Below are positions 53,750 to 63,400 of a DNA stretch of 64,000 nt, one piece after another. A model generated the notes under the pieces. That model was not told the origin of the DNA and made no database searches. It worked only from the letters and a program-made list of their open reading frames with translations. This DNA comes from Endomicrobiales bacterium. GTDB lineage: Bacteria > Elusimicrobiota > Endomicrobiia > Endomicrobiales > CAWCFT01. Made by a program: the position numbers and the translations under genes. The first letter of the stretch is position 1; every line of letters starts with the position of its first letter. The DNA lies in assembly GCA_963794945.1 (NCBI GenBank), contig CAWCFT010000017.1, positions 32,001-96,000 on the forward strand. The letters run 5' to 3'.

Positions 53750-54884
53750 AAGCTTCCCCCTTTTGTTTCTGCACCGACTTTTTTGTTAAGGTCTCCATCA
53801 GTTTATCGAAAGGTTCTTCAAATTTTTTGACGCCCTCGTCTTCAAGCTGCCGGGTCACATTGTCTATACTGATACCGAGTTCTGGTAAATGCGCTATTAT
53901 CCAGCCTGCTTGTTTGACATTTTGATCGAGGCTTGGCCTGGGATCGCCGTGATCGCGATACGCTTCGATGGTTTTAAGAGGGGCCGTGTTTACGGTATCC
54001 GGGCCGATCAGCGGTTCAATGTATTTTACGTCGCTGTACTCCGGATTCTTTGTGCCTGTGCTGGCCCAGAGCAACCGCTGAGCGCGGGCGCCCTTATTTT
54101 CCAGTTTCTTGAACCTGTCACTGCCAAATATTTCTTTATATATATGATAAGCCGCCTTAGCGCTCGATATAGCCACTTGTCCGCACACCTTCTGCGCGAT
54201 TTCCGACTTTTCATTTTCCGGAACTATAAATTTCTCTACGAGCGGGTCCACTAGTGTGTCAATACGGCTTAAAAAGAAGCTGGCTACGGAAGCTATATGA
54301 CTCACCAGTTTGCCTTGAGCCGCGCGCGCTTCCAGGCCCGCGATGTATGCCTCGGCAACTTCTCTATAACGAGGCAGTCCAAATAGTAAAGTAACATTGA
54401 CGTTGATACCTTCGCTGATGAGCTGCTTTATGGCTGGCAGGCCTGCGATAGTTGCCGGGACTTTTATGAATACGTTTGGCCTGTCGAGCGCCGCCCACAA
54501 CCGCCGTGCTTCTTCAATTGTGCCTTTGGTGTCTCGGGCCAGATGAGGGTTGACTTCCAGGCTGACATATCCGTCCGCGCCGTCAGTCTTTTCATACACG
54601 GGTTTGAACTCGTCGGCGGCGTTCTGCACATCGTGCTGGCTGAGAGTTTCATAGATTAGTTTAACATCCTTTTTCTCAAAAGACATATCGTGAATTTCCT
54701 TGTCGTAAAGGTTGCTTTCCGCTATCGCTTTCTCAAAAATAGCGGGGTTAGAGGTAATTCCGCTTATTCCATCTTCTTCGATCAAATGTCGGAGCTCACC
54801 GCTCGATATCAGGTCGCGCCTGATGTAGTCAAGCCAGATCGATTGCCCCAGCGTTTCCAGCCTTTTTAACGGGTTCTCATTCAT
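53736..54884 (-). CDS. tal: Transaldolase
   Basis: GQSIWLD, TSNPAIF, IKVPAT, NVTLLF, WASTGTKNP. Confidence 0.96.
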   Translation of the reverse strand: MNENPLKRLETLGQSIWLDYIRRDLISSGELRHLIEEDGISGITSNPAIFEKAIAESNLYDKEIHDMSFEKKDVKLIYETLSQHDVQNAADEFKPVYEKTDGADGYVSLEVNPHLARDTKGTIEEARRLWAALDRPNVFIKVPATIAGLPAIKQLISEGINVNVTLLFGLPRYREVAEAYIAGLEARAAQGKLVSHIASVASFFLSRIDTLVDPLVEKFIVPENEKSEIAQKVCGQVAISSAKAAYHIYKEIFGSDRFKKLENKGARAQRLLWASTGTKNPEYSDVKYIEPLIGPDTVNTAPLKTIEAYRDHGDPRPSLDQNVKQAGWIIAHLPELGISIDNVTRQLEDEGVKKFEEPFDKLMETLTKKSVQKQKGEAYVYS

Positions 54885-55339
54885 TATTCCGTCTCCTTTA
54901 TTTCCAGGGCCGCGACTTTCCTGAGGCGGCGTTGGAAACGTTTTGTAGCGCGATATTTTGCTTGAAGAAATGTATTGACTAATTCCCAGGCAAGCGAAAA
55001 GCCGACTACACGGCCACCAAGGCAGATCATGTTCATGTCGTCATCTTCCACTCCCTGGTGAGCTGAAAATGTTTCATGGATCAGGCACGCCCGCACACCC
55101 GGAATCTTATTGGCCGCAACACAAGCCCCTACCCCGCTGCCGCAGATCGCCAGGCCCCGGGTGACCTCGCCCTTAGCCACCGCCCTTGCTAGGGGCGCGA
55201 CAAAGTCCGGGTAGTCATCCCCCGTAACCAACTTTTTGGCTCCGAAGTCCACTACCTTATAACCGGCTCTCTTGAGTTCCGCGCTCAACTGCATTTTCAA
55301 CTCAAACCCGCCATGGTCTGCTGCTATGCCAACGCGCAT
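54884..55339 (-). CDS. rpiB: Ribose-5-phosphate isomerase B
   Basis: ADHGG, DDYPD, CGSGVG, ANKIPGVRA. Confidence 0.93.
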   Translation of the reverse strand: MRVGIAADHGGFELKMQLSAELKRAGYKVVDFGAKKLVTGDDYPDFVAPLARAVAKGEVTRGLAICGSGVGACVAANKIPGVRACLIHETFSAHQGVEDDDMNMICLGGRVVGFSLAWELVNTFLQAKYRATKRFQRRLRKVAALEIKETE

Positions 55340-55384
55340 TACTTTACCTCCATACTCGGTGTAAATTATGTTCTAAGCAACCTT

Positions 55385-55915
55385 CTAGAGATCGATAGTT
55401 GGTTTATTGATGATGATCCATTGACTCTGGTTTCGTGCGGTCAGAATTTTTTTGGCAAGAATTGCATCTTCAGCGGAACCGTGCGCAAGAAGGACGAATT
55501 TGTCGTTTTTGATGGCTATCTCGTACCGCAAAATGCTGTCTTTGGGTATGCCAAGTCCATACAAGCCAGCCCCAAGAGCGCTCAGGCCGCCAATTACAAC
55601 GGCGCCTTCCAGCGCCTCTACTATCCAAACAACCAACTGCCCTCCCACCAAAAGCGGCCCCACACCTGGAACCCAAAAGAACGCAGAACCGAAAATAAGC
55701 CCCCATATCCCGCCCCAAAAGGCGCCGGTTTTGCCCCACACTTTCATCCGATCGCCGGTATTGTAATAACCGACCACATGCTCATCTGTGTTATAATCGC
55801 GCCCGACGATCGACAGTTTTTTCATATCAAAACCGCCTTGCTGCAGTTCCTTGACAGCCGCTTCGGCAGCCGTGTGTGTTGGATATATCGCTACTATGGA
55901 ATTGTTTTTGTTCAT
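55385..55915 (-). CDS. General stress protein (YflT/DUF1269-like) membrane protein
   Basis: AEAAVKELQ..GFDMKKLSIVG, glycine-rich TM segment, LGIPKD. Confidence 0.8.
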   Translation of the reverse strand: MNKNNSIVAIYPTHTAAEAAVKELQQGGFDMKKLSIVGRDYNTDEHVVGYYNTGDRMKVWGKTGAFWGGIWGLIFGSAFFWVPGVGPLLVGGQLVVWIVEALEGAVVIGGLSALGAGLYGLGIPKDSILRYEIAIKNDKFVLLAHGSAEDAILAKKILTARNQSQWIIINKPTIDL

Positions 55916-56209
55916 GTTAATAGCTCCTTTTTAAAATTTGCCTTACCTGCAAAAAATCCCATGATATTTTGCTTTTATACTGCTGTTCCCATTCAACCTC
56001 CTTAAGTGCTTCACAATGAACAACAATGGTTAGCGCCTTTACCATATACTGACTAATTTATATGGCAAACAGAATGACCAGGTTCCCACATAAGCTGACT
56101 TTTTCCATATTTTATAATCCGTATATAAAAATAGTTATTTTTTATCGTATTATTGATAAAATCAACCAGCTCGGCACGCCCTGAGAAATTTAATGCTTCC
56201 TTATGTTGG

Positions 56210-56253
56210 CATTTTATGGATTAAGTTGAAGCCGGTCAATTGTACCTTGGTAT
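56210..56253 (-). promoter_or_regulatory. Conserved promoter copy 3: TACCAAGGTA + TTGACC-17-TAAAAT
   Basis: Same 21-mer, upstream of the carbohydrate cluster. Confidence 0.78.
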
Positions 56254-56772
56254 CATAGGGCTTAATGTAAAAAACAAAAAAACCAACCCGTATAAAAGGA
56301 TGGTCGAATAGTAAAAATATTAAACAATATTAAGGCGTCAAATAATCAGCGCTATATAGAAGTTCTGCACAATATATAATATTTGTCAACCCTGTCCACT
56401 AACAACTATTTAAAACATTCGAATTTTCTACTATCTCTGCCCGAATGTTACTAAGCAATATATTGATATTTTAGCTTGTTTATGGTAAGTAAAACGCCTA
56501 CTCTTTTCGTATATTTCACTTGCTTCGGGTATGACATAAATAAGCGTCATTAGGATATTAGCTTGGGGTTTAATGACAGGTTGTAGATATTAAAATAAAA
56601 AAACAACAGATTTGAACCTGTTGTTTTCGTCTAACACACTCTTTTTCGTCTACTTCTGCCAGGTTATAAAGCGTTTGGTTTTCTGCCAACGCAAGTTGCC
56701 GTGTAATGGAAGATTCACAGCATGGGTTTAGTTTAAAAGTTAATATTTATCGTTACTATTTACTATTATTTT

Positions 56773-57276
56773 TCATTTTCGCCGATTCTCGTAAGCTTTG
56801 ATGTCTTTATGGCGTCTTTGTGGCTTCTTTACTGCGTTTAGTGCGGGTTTTACTACGCCTTTAGCTCGTTTAGCAGATTTATGCAGGGTTTTATTTCCCA
56901 GCATCTCAAGCATCAGTTTGCGCCGTTCTCGTAATGGAACATCAAATACACTTCTACCCAAATGGGAGAAAGCGTCGCCAATATGGCCATGGCTTCCACC
57001 AAGATTATAGATATCGCACCATACCCCGCCTTCGCAATGAGGCAAGGTACACTCCTTAAAAATGGCGCAATTTCTGTTTTCATAACGTCTTGCCGCATCT
57101 AATAGCGCAGGTGTTGCACCGATGGGAACATTCGCCTTTTTAGCGGCATCGCGCATTGCGTTAGCAATATCATGGTTGTAATCATCACAAGACAAAACGA
57201 TACTTGCCTCTTCAAGCATTTCAGCTTTTGTGAATAGCTTCGCGATGAGATTTTTATGTTTCTTTGTATATTCCAT
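56773..57276 (-). CDS. Hypothetical Cys/His-containing protein
   Basis: 167-aa ORF directly downstream of AbiEii. Confidence 0.55.
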   Translation of the reverse strand: MEYTKKHKNLIAKLFTKAEMLEEASIVLSCDDYNHDIANAMRDAAKKANVPIGATPALLDAARRYENRNCAIFKECTLPHCEGGVWCDIYNLGGSHGHIGDAFSHLGRSVFDVPLRERRKLMLEMLGNKTLHKSAKRAKGVVKPALNAVKKPQRRHKDIKAYENRRK

Positions 57277-57294
57277 AAGACCGTCTTATGTAAA

Positions 57295-58194
57295 TTACAA
57301 TTGCAAAACACTTCTTAGTTTTTCTATCAGCTCTTTATGTTTTCTTTTCGGTATACGGTTTATATTAAGCAGTTTCCATTGAATACCCGGAAGCTTATCC
57401 GCACCCTCAACGCTGATTAAATCCCACCGAGGAACACCTTCTTTGATTGATAAGAGAAAATATCTTTCTTTTTCTGTAAGACTTTTCAGTAGAGTCGCCG
57501 GCATCTTCTTTTGAATGCTGCTCAATTCCTCATAACTCACATCCAATGTCGTCATTCCTTTAAAATCAAGATCATACATTCTTTTGAAATCTTGGATTGA
57601 CGGCGAAAGCACTTCATGCATAGGCCTATCATGGCTTGCCAAATAAATAACAAAAGCTTTCCTTACCTGCTCCGTTATGCCTTCATTCTCTAACAAAAGT
57701 TTTATATCAAACATGTCCCTCGGATGCTGGCGGTCTAAAGCGGCGCACAATTTCCCGCCGTAAATATCTGCAAAAGACAGCGTGTTTAGTGAAACGAACA
57801 ACTCAAACATATCCTGAGCGGGTTTACAAAGATTCTTCTCTTCAACAGGAAAAACAGCGCCTCGAAGAACGGTATTAGGCTCAATTTTTATTTGAACATC
57901 ATTGAATCTTACTAATAGCTTATAATCATTATCCTGCTGAAATCGCAAGCCTGGTATAGCCTTTCTTGCCGCCCTGGCTATCCTTTTAAGCGCATCACTG
58001 ATGTTTTTAAGCGATTGCTCCCTTGATTCGATGGGAATATAAGAAAGGTCAATATCAACCGACAAACGGGGCATGTCGCGAAAAAAGAAATTTATAGCGG
58101 TGCCGCCTTTGAGCGCAAAACATTTTTCCTGCGCTGTAAATGGCAGCATACGAAGCATTAATTCTGCTTGATTATAAAACGGGCTATTTTTCAT
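57295..58194 (-). CDS. AbiEii/AbiGii nucleotidyltransferase toxin (type IV TA)
   Basis: ALKGGTAIN, RLSVDIDL, GKLCAALDRQHPRD. Confidence 0.93.
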   Translation of the reverse strand: MKNSPFYNQAELMLRMLPFTAQEKCFALKGGTAINFFFRDMPRLSVDIDLSYIPIESREQSLKNISDALKRIARAARKAIPGLRFQQDNDYKLLVRFNDVQIKIEPNTVLRGAVFPVEEKNLCKPAQDMFELFVSLNTLSFADIYGGKLCAALDRQHPRDMFDIKLLLENEGITEQVRKAFVIYLASHDRPMHEVLSPSIQDFKRMYDLDFKGMTTLDVSYEELSSIQKKMPATLLKSLTEKERYFLLSIKEGVPRWDLISVEGADKLPGIQWKLLNINRIPKRKHKELIEKLRSVLQL

Positions 58195-58969
58195 CTTTTA
58201 GAGACATGGGAACGGTTATATTATACTTAGAATCCAGGTAACCACCCTTAGCTATAACGCGCTTTCCCCGGCCCATATTGACTTTTGGCAGGTCAAGGGC
58301 TTTAACCCAGGAATGTTTGCAATTCTCGGCAAGAAACATAAAAAGACGTTTCGCTTTTACTGATTTGCACCCTTCAAGAAGCTTTTGAACTACATTGGGG
58401 CGCAGGGTTGCAAGCCCTGTCATTATTTGTTTTGCTTCCTCAAATGATGCATCCTGGGGAACCAGGTAAAGGTATTCGAACATGGCTCTTTCGGGAGAAG
58501 CTATAACTATTTCTTGCCCGTTGACTTCTTTTGAGGTCAAACCTTCGCTTACGGAATCTGCGAATAGATTTGTCATGCAAAAAGATATTTTAACGCCCCA
58601 ATTATTATTCTTGAACCACGCGGGCAGCTTTTCATCTGAATTTCCAAATAACCAAACAGGCGAATCGTCTTTAAACCGTATATAATGCGCGTATCCAAGA
58701 TGTTCAAGCGCAGATTTGCCGCCGACGTGTACAGATAAGCTCATATACTTTTGCAAAGTATATAATCCCCCGGTCCATTGAACCTTGTCGCCGGACGCTC
58801 TTACAAACGCCCCTCTTCCTATACTTTTTATCCAGCCATTGTGTTGATAGGCAGATACTAATTGACGGGTTATTTTGAGTTTATTGAGGAATAAAGGATA
58901 AACAGCAACAGTCCCTTTTGGCCACAAGAGAAGCAATTGGTTTAATTTACTATTATTATGTCCATTCAT
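58184..58969 (-). CDS. AbiEi antitoxin / transcriptional regulator (type IV TA)
   Basis: HVGGKSAL, SPERA, C.SVKAKRLF, G.GKR; overlaps AbiEii. TTGACA-17-TAGTAT promoter just upstream. Confidence 0.9.
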   Translation of the reverse strand: MNGHNNSKLNQLLLLWPKGTVAVYPLFLNKLKITRQLVSAYQHNGWIKSIGRGAFVRASGDKVQWTGGLYTLQKYMSLSVHVGGKSALEHLGYAHYIRFKDDSPVWLFGNSDEKLPAWFKNNNWGVKISFCMTNLFADSVSEGLTSKEVNGQEIVIASPERAMFEYLYLVPQDASFEEAKQIMTGLATLRPNVVQKLLEGCKSVKAKRLFMFLAENCKHSWVKALDLPKVNMGRGKRVIAKGGYLDSKYNITVPMSLKDEK

Positions 58970-59224
58970 ACTATACATACTAATATATATTTAAACTCTT
59001 GTCAAGATATGGTTTATATTTTATATACATTGTATAATATAGCTTTACCTATTAGTATATTTATAAACCTTATGGTCTATTTAACCCGAAGGCTTTGGAG
59101 CTTTCAAGATGTCGCAAAAAGTATATACTATTTGCGACACCTTATCATGTCTTTTTTAGTATGCAGATCCACAAACTGTCCGGCATGTTTAGAATATTTA
59201 ACATCGAACACAATACAAAAATGT

Positions 59225-59257
59225 TTGTCCATAGTTTGTCTATAAATTGTCTAGGTG
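59225..59257. repeat. Three tandem 11-bp imperfect repeats (candidate integrase arm-type sites)
   Basis: TTGTCCATAGT / TTGTCTATAAA / TTGTCTAGGTG, about 150 bp inside the tRNA break. Confidence 0.5.
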
Positions 59258-59408
59258 ACACCAGAAACACCCGGAAACAGAAAGTAATACACGGAAATTA
59301 TGGCTTTGCTGAATTTGCTTGATTATCGTCGGAAAGAAGAGAAAGGTTGAGGGCTTTTTAGTGAATTTTCATTAACAGTTAAAAGACAGGATTTAATATA
59401 AAGGCCAG

Positions 59409-59448
59409 CTTGAGAGGGCGATGTCCTAAACCACTAGACGATGGCGGC
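59409..59448 (-). tRNA. tRNA-Glu(CUC) 5' half only, broken just after the anticodon loop (att junction)
   Basis: GCCGCCA-TC-GTCTAGTGGTTTAGGAC-A-TCGCC-CTCTCAA-G, then non-tRNA sequence. No GGCGA 3' stem, T-arm or CCA follows. Confidence 0.85.
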
Positions 59449-59715
59449 AGCTTTGTTACTTATATTATTTAGATAGCCTATTACTCTATTGCGTAAATAA
59501 TTTCTTCCGAAACCGGTTTTTAGTTGTATTTCTCTTTTTCGAGCATCTTGCTCATCTCTGCAAGCCTCATAATACACTAATTCAATGTCTTTAAATCTTT
59601 TTGTCGTATGATTACCTTTTTCGTAATGTTTTTTAATCCTTGACTTTAAATCGCTCGTAAAACCTATGTAAAACTTATTATCTAATTTACTATAGAGTGC
59701 ATATACATAATACAC
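59434..59715 (-). CDS. Small stand-alone GIY-YIG nuclease
   Basis: YYVYAL...FYIGFTSDL..R...H...LVYYEA...A..RE..LK; the stop codon lies inside the tRNA half. Confidence 0.92.
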   Translation of the reverse strand: MYYVYALYSKLDNKFYIGFTSDLKSRIKKHYEKGNHTTKRFKDIELVYYEACRDEQDARKREIQLKTGFGRNYLRNRVIGYLNNISNKAAAIV

Positions 59716-59799
59716 TGTTAACCCCTACCCGCCGAAAGCTTTGCATTCTGGCGGGCCCGCCTGACTACGAAGTTGTCGGCGGGGACGATGGCGGCAGCT
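59437..59799 (-). mobile_element. Candidate GIY-YIG mini-element with twin hairpins and 16-bp direct repeats
   Basis: GACGATGGCGGCAGCT at 59437-59452 and 59784-59799; CCCGCC...GGCGGG hairpins at 59728-59755 and 59756-59783. Confidence 0.65.
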
Positions 59800-59817
59800 A
59801 ATATCAAACGTTCATGA

Positions 59818-59846
59818 ATTATATCAAAAATATCTTTTAGGAGCAA
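59818..59846 (-). promoter_or_regulatory. Probable tRNA promoter
   Basis: TTGCTC-17 bp-TATAAT, about 20 bp upstream of the first tRNA 5'-end copy. Confidence 0.6.
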
Positions 59847-59855
59847 TGGACGGAT

Positions 59856-60314
59856 CTATCTTCCATACTTGCCCGTCAGCTTGCCTTCGCCAAGAACGTG
59901 CCCTTTCATAGCTTTGAGAACCTGCTTTTCAGATGCTCCCGCTGGCAGGCCTAACAGGGCGTTCAGCGCGAATATTTTGAAAACATACTTGTGCACACCG
60001 CCGGGAGGGCACGGACCTCCGTAACCGAGGCTGTCAAAATCTGTTACACCTTGCTTTGCTCCGTTGCTAAGAACACCGTCCGGAGGAACATTTTCGGGCA
60101 GCTCGCGAGTTGAGGCTGGTATATCGTACAGCAGCCAGTGCACAAAGTTGCCGCCCGGTGCGTCCGGGTCGTTGCATATTATAGTAATGCTTTTGGTGCC
60201 AGCTGGCTGTTCGCCCCAGGATAGGTGCGGCGATACGCCGCTGCCGTCGCAGGTGAATCTTTCAGGTATCATGCCGCCTTCGCTGAAGGCGGAACTAAAG
60301 ATTTTTATTGACAT
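59856..60314 (-). CDS. YbhB/YbcL (PEBP/RKIP-like) family protein
   Basis: DPDAPGG.FVHW, GYGGPCPP, H.Y.F. Confidence 0.93.
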   Translation of the reverse strand: MSIKIFSSAFSEGGMIPERFTCDGSGVSPHLSWGEQPAGTKSITIICNDPDAPGGNFVHWLLYDIPASTRELPENVPPDGVLSNGAKQGVTDFDSLGYGGPCPPGGVHKYVFKIFALNALLGLPAGASEKQVLKAMKGHVLGEGKLTGKYGR

Positions 60315-60378
60315 AAAATACCTCCCCCGAAATTGTATGTCTTAATACAATTATATCTTTTTGCGCCATGAAAGCAAA

Positions 60379-60411
60379 ATAACAAGCGGTTGTAATACAA
60401 CCGCTTGTTAT
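60379..60411. terminator. Perfect palindrome, probable terminator downstream of the RND gene
   Basis: ATAACAAGCGGTTGTA-A-TACAACCGCTTGTTAT. Confidence 0.65.
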
Positions 60412-60452
60412 CCCAAACAATATTAGATCAGCGTTAAATATACAAAACGCTG

Positions 60453-63400
60453 TTAATTCTGATTTAAATGGCTTACCCCGCGGACTTTGTGAACCCAGGC
60501 AAAAATCACAGGAAGCACGAGCAGAGTGAGAAGCGTTGTGGAAACCATCCCTCCTACTATAACAAGCGCCAGCGGCCTCTGGGCCTGCGAGCCGACCGCA
60601 TGTGACAGCGCCGCGGGCAAGAGCCCAAGACCCGCCAGCAAAGCTATCATCACCACCGGCCTTAAACGAAGTGATGAGCCTTCCAATACAGCGGTTGCAA
60701 GATCATGCCCATGGTGCACACTTAGTTTTTTTACGTAAGATATTAGTATTATACCGTTCTGTATCGCGATACCGAACAGTGACAGGAAACCTATACCGGC
60801 CGAGATACTTAGGTTTTCCCCCGTCAGATACAACGCAGCAATACCGCCGATAGCCGCGAAAGGCACGTTAAGTATTACGATAGAAGATTCGAGAGCGTTG
60901 CCGAACGTGAAGAACAAGAGCAAAAATATGGCGAACAGTGTCAGCGGGATGATTATCGCTAGCTTTAACTGCGCGGTTTTCATCTGGTTAAACTCGCCGT
61001 CCCATTTAATAGTGTAACCCCGAGGGAGTTCTATCTCTTTTTTTACCATCTTTTGGGCTTCCGCGGTGGCGCTGCCGAGGTCCCTGTCCCTGACACCGAA
61101 TTTTATGGCGATATAGCGTTTACCAGCCTCACGATATATGAAGAACGGCCCATCCGTCAGCTCAACACCCGCGAGCATGCTGAGGGGTATCCTCTGTCCA
61201 TCGGGCGTATCCACCAGCAGGTATTTTACTTTTTCTATCATGTCGCGGTTTGTTTCCGGAAAGCGCACGGCAAGGTCAAATCTGCGCTCACCCTCAAGAA
61301 TAGAGCTCACAGCGTTTCCGCCTATGGCATTCTGGACCAGGTTCTCTACATCCGAAACATTTACCCCGAACCGAGCGCAGAGCGAACGGTTAACATTAAT
61401 ATTCAAAGTGGGCTGGCCGAGCTCCTGATATATGCCGACATCTTCTATCCCGCGGATCTTCTTAAGAAGCCCTTGTATCTTCATGGCTTTTTTACTAAGC
61501 TCGTCAAGGTTTGGCCCGAAAAGCTTGACGGAATTTTCGCCCTTAACCCCGGATATCGCCTCAGCCACGTTGTCCTGAATATACTGCGAAAATTCATATT
61601 CAATTCCCGGTATGCTCTCAAGATAAGACTGCAGTTTTTTCTCTAAGTTCGCTTTTGTTGCCCCGCGCGGCCATTTTCCCGGGCGTTTGAGGTATACACC
61701 GAACTCAAGGTTAAAAACACCCGTAGAATCGGTTCCGTCATCGGGCCGGCCTATCTGAACGACTACGGTCTCTATCTCCGGCTGACTAAGGAAATAGCTC
61801 CTTATCTCACCCGCCACTTTGGAAGAATAATCCAGGTCAACAGTGTTAGGGAGGGTTACCCTTATCCACATATTGTTCTCTTCCAGCGTAGGCAGGAAAT
61901 CCGTGCCGAGGTTATAGGCGCCGAATAACGCTACCGCGAGCGTTAAAAGCGCGACCGTTATGACCGCAACCGGTTTTTGAATGAGTTTTTTAAGTAGCGG
62001 CCGGTAGTACCCGAGTATCCATCCCACGAACACCGGGGTGTGCGGCGCGACACCAGTGTTGAAAAGATAAGAGGCGCTCACCGGCATGAACGTGACGCTT
62101 AAAACAATTGATGCCAGCAGGCCCAGCCCCATTGTAAATGCCATGGGCTGGAATATCTTGCCTTCTATACCTCCCATGAAAAACAACGGTGAGTATGACG
62201 TTATTATTATCAGGGTCGAGAAAACCATGGCCCGCTGAACTTCCGCGGATGCATCGGTTACCGTTTGATAGAGGTTCTCGGTTCCTGCTTCTAGCTGGCG
62301 CATTATGTTTTCGATCACTATGACCGCCGCTTCAACTATAAGCCCGAAATCTATCGCGCCAAGCGATATGAGGTTTGCCGGAACGTTGAAAAAATACATC
62401 CCCGTGAAGGCAACACACAAAGAGAGCGGGATAACCATAGCCGTCGCGACCGACGCGCGGACATTGCCAAGGAACATGTACAGCACTATAAGCACCAGAA
62501 CTATACCCATCAAAAGTGTGTGTTTTACCGTACCCAATGTCATGTCCAGCAGGTTTTGCCGGTCATAGAAAGACTGTATCTTAATGCCTTTGGGCAATAT
62601 ACCGCTTGTGTTGAGTTCCGTAATCTTCTGGCGGACACGCTCGAGTACTTCGCTGGCGTTGCCTCCCCTGCGCATTACTACTATGCCTTCTACCGCGTCA
62701 TCATCTTTATTGAACTTGACCATTCCAAGCCGGGGCGCGTTGCCGATCTTTACCTCGGCAAGGTCCGCCACTTTTACCGGCACACCCTGGTTTACCGCCA
62801 CGACAACATCGCGTATATCGTCAAGTGATTGAAGAAGCCCTACGCCTCTTACCACGTAGCGCTGTTCGCCCCCAGTTATTACGTCGCCTCCGACATTCGC
62901 ATTCGCGTTCGAAAGCGAGGTTACCAGCTGGCCGAGGGTTATCCCGTAAGACTGCAGCCTTTCCGGGCTCGGCAGGACCTGGTACTGCTTGACCATGCCT
63001 CCGAAACCGTTGATGTCCGCGACGCCGGGAACTGAGATTAGATTTCTGTATATATCCCAGTCCAGCCAGCTTTTGAGCGTGAGAAGATCGTAATTATCGC
63101 TTTCCAGCCGGAACCGCAGGATCTCGCCAAGCGCGTCCGCATCCGGGCTTAATGCCGGCTGGACACCCGCGGGAACCGTGGCGCTGTTGAGATACATCTG
63201 AACATTGGTTCTGGCGCGGAAAGAATCAGTGCCTTCTTTGAACTGAAGCGTTACGCTGGAGAGCCCAAAAAGTGAAACGGAACGAAGAGATTGTATGTCT
63301 GGAACTCCGGACAGGGCGGTCTCAATAGGGATAGTCAGTTGGCGTTCTATCTCAAGCGTGCTACGGCCCGGCCACTGGGTTATTACCTGAATATTGAGCG

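Larger units (their letters stand above)
1..59416. mobile_element. Integrated mobilizable/conjugative element (genomic island), left end outside the window
   Basis: Coupling protein + relaxase + oriT-like IR, two TA systems, truncated tRNA boundary, arm-like repeats. No integrase seen in the window. Confidence 0.7.

Noticed and set aside
31185..56005. Many long plus-strand ORFs opposite the metabolic genes
   Set aside because: Antisense frames expected from codon bias; no motifs or RBS.
59300..59409. Group I intron interrupting the tRNA anticodon loop
   Set aside because: No recognisable intron core and no tRNA 3' half nearby; an att junction fits better.
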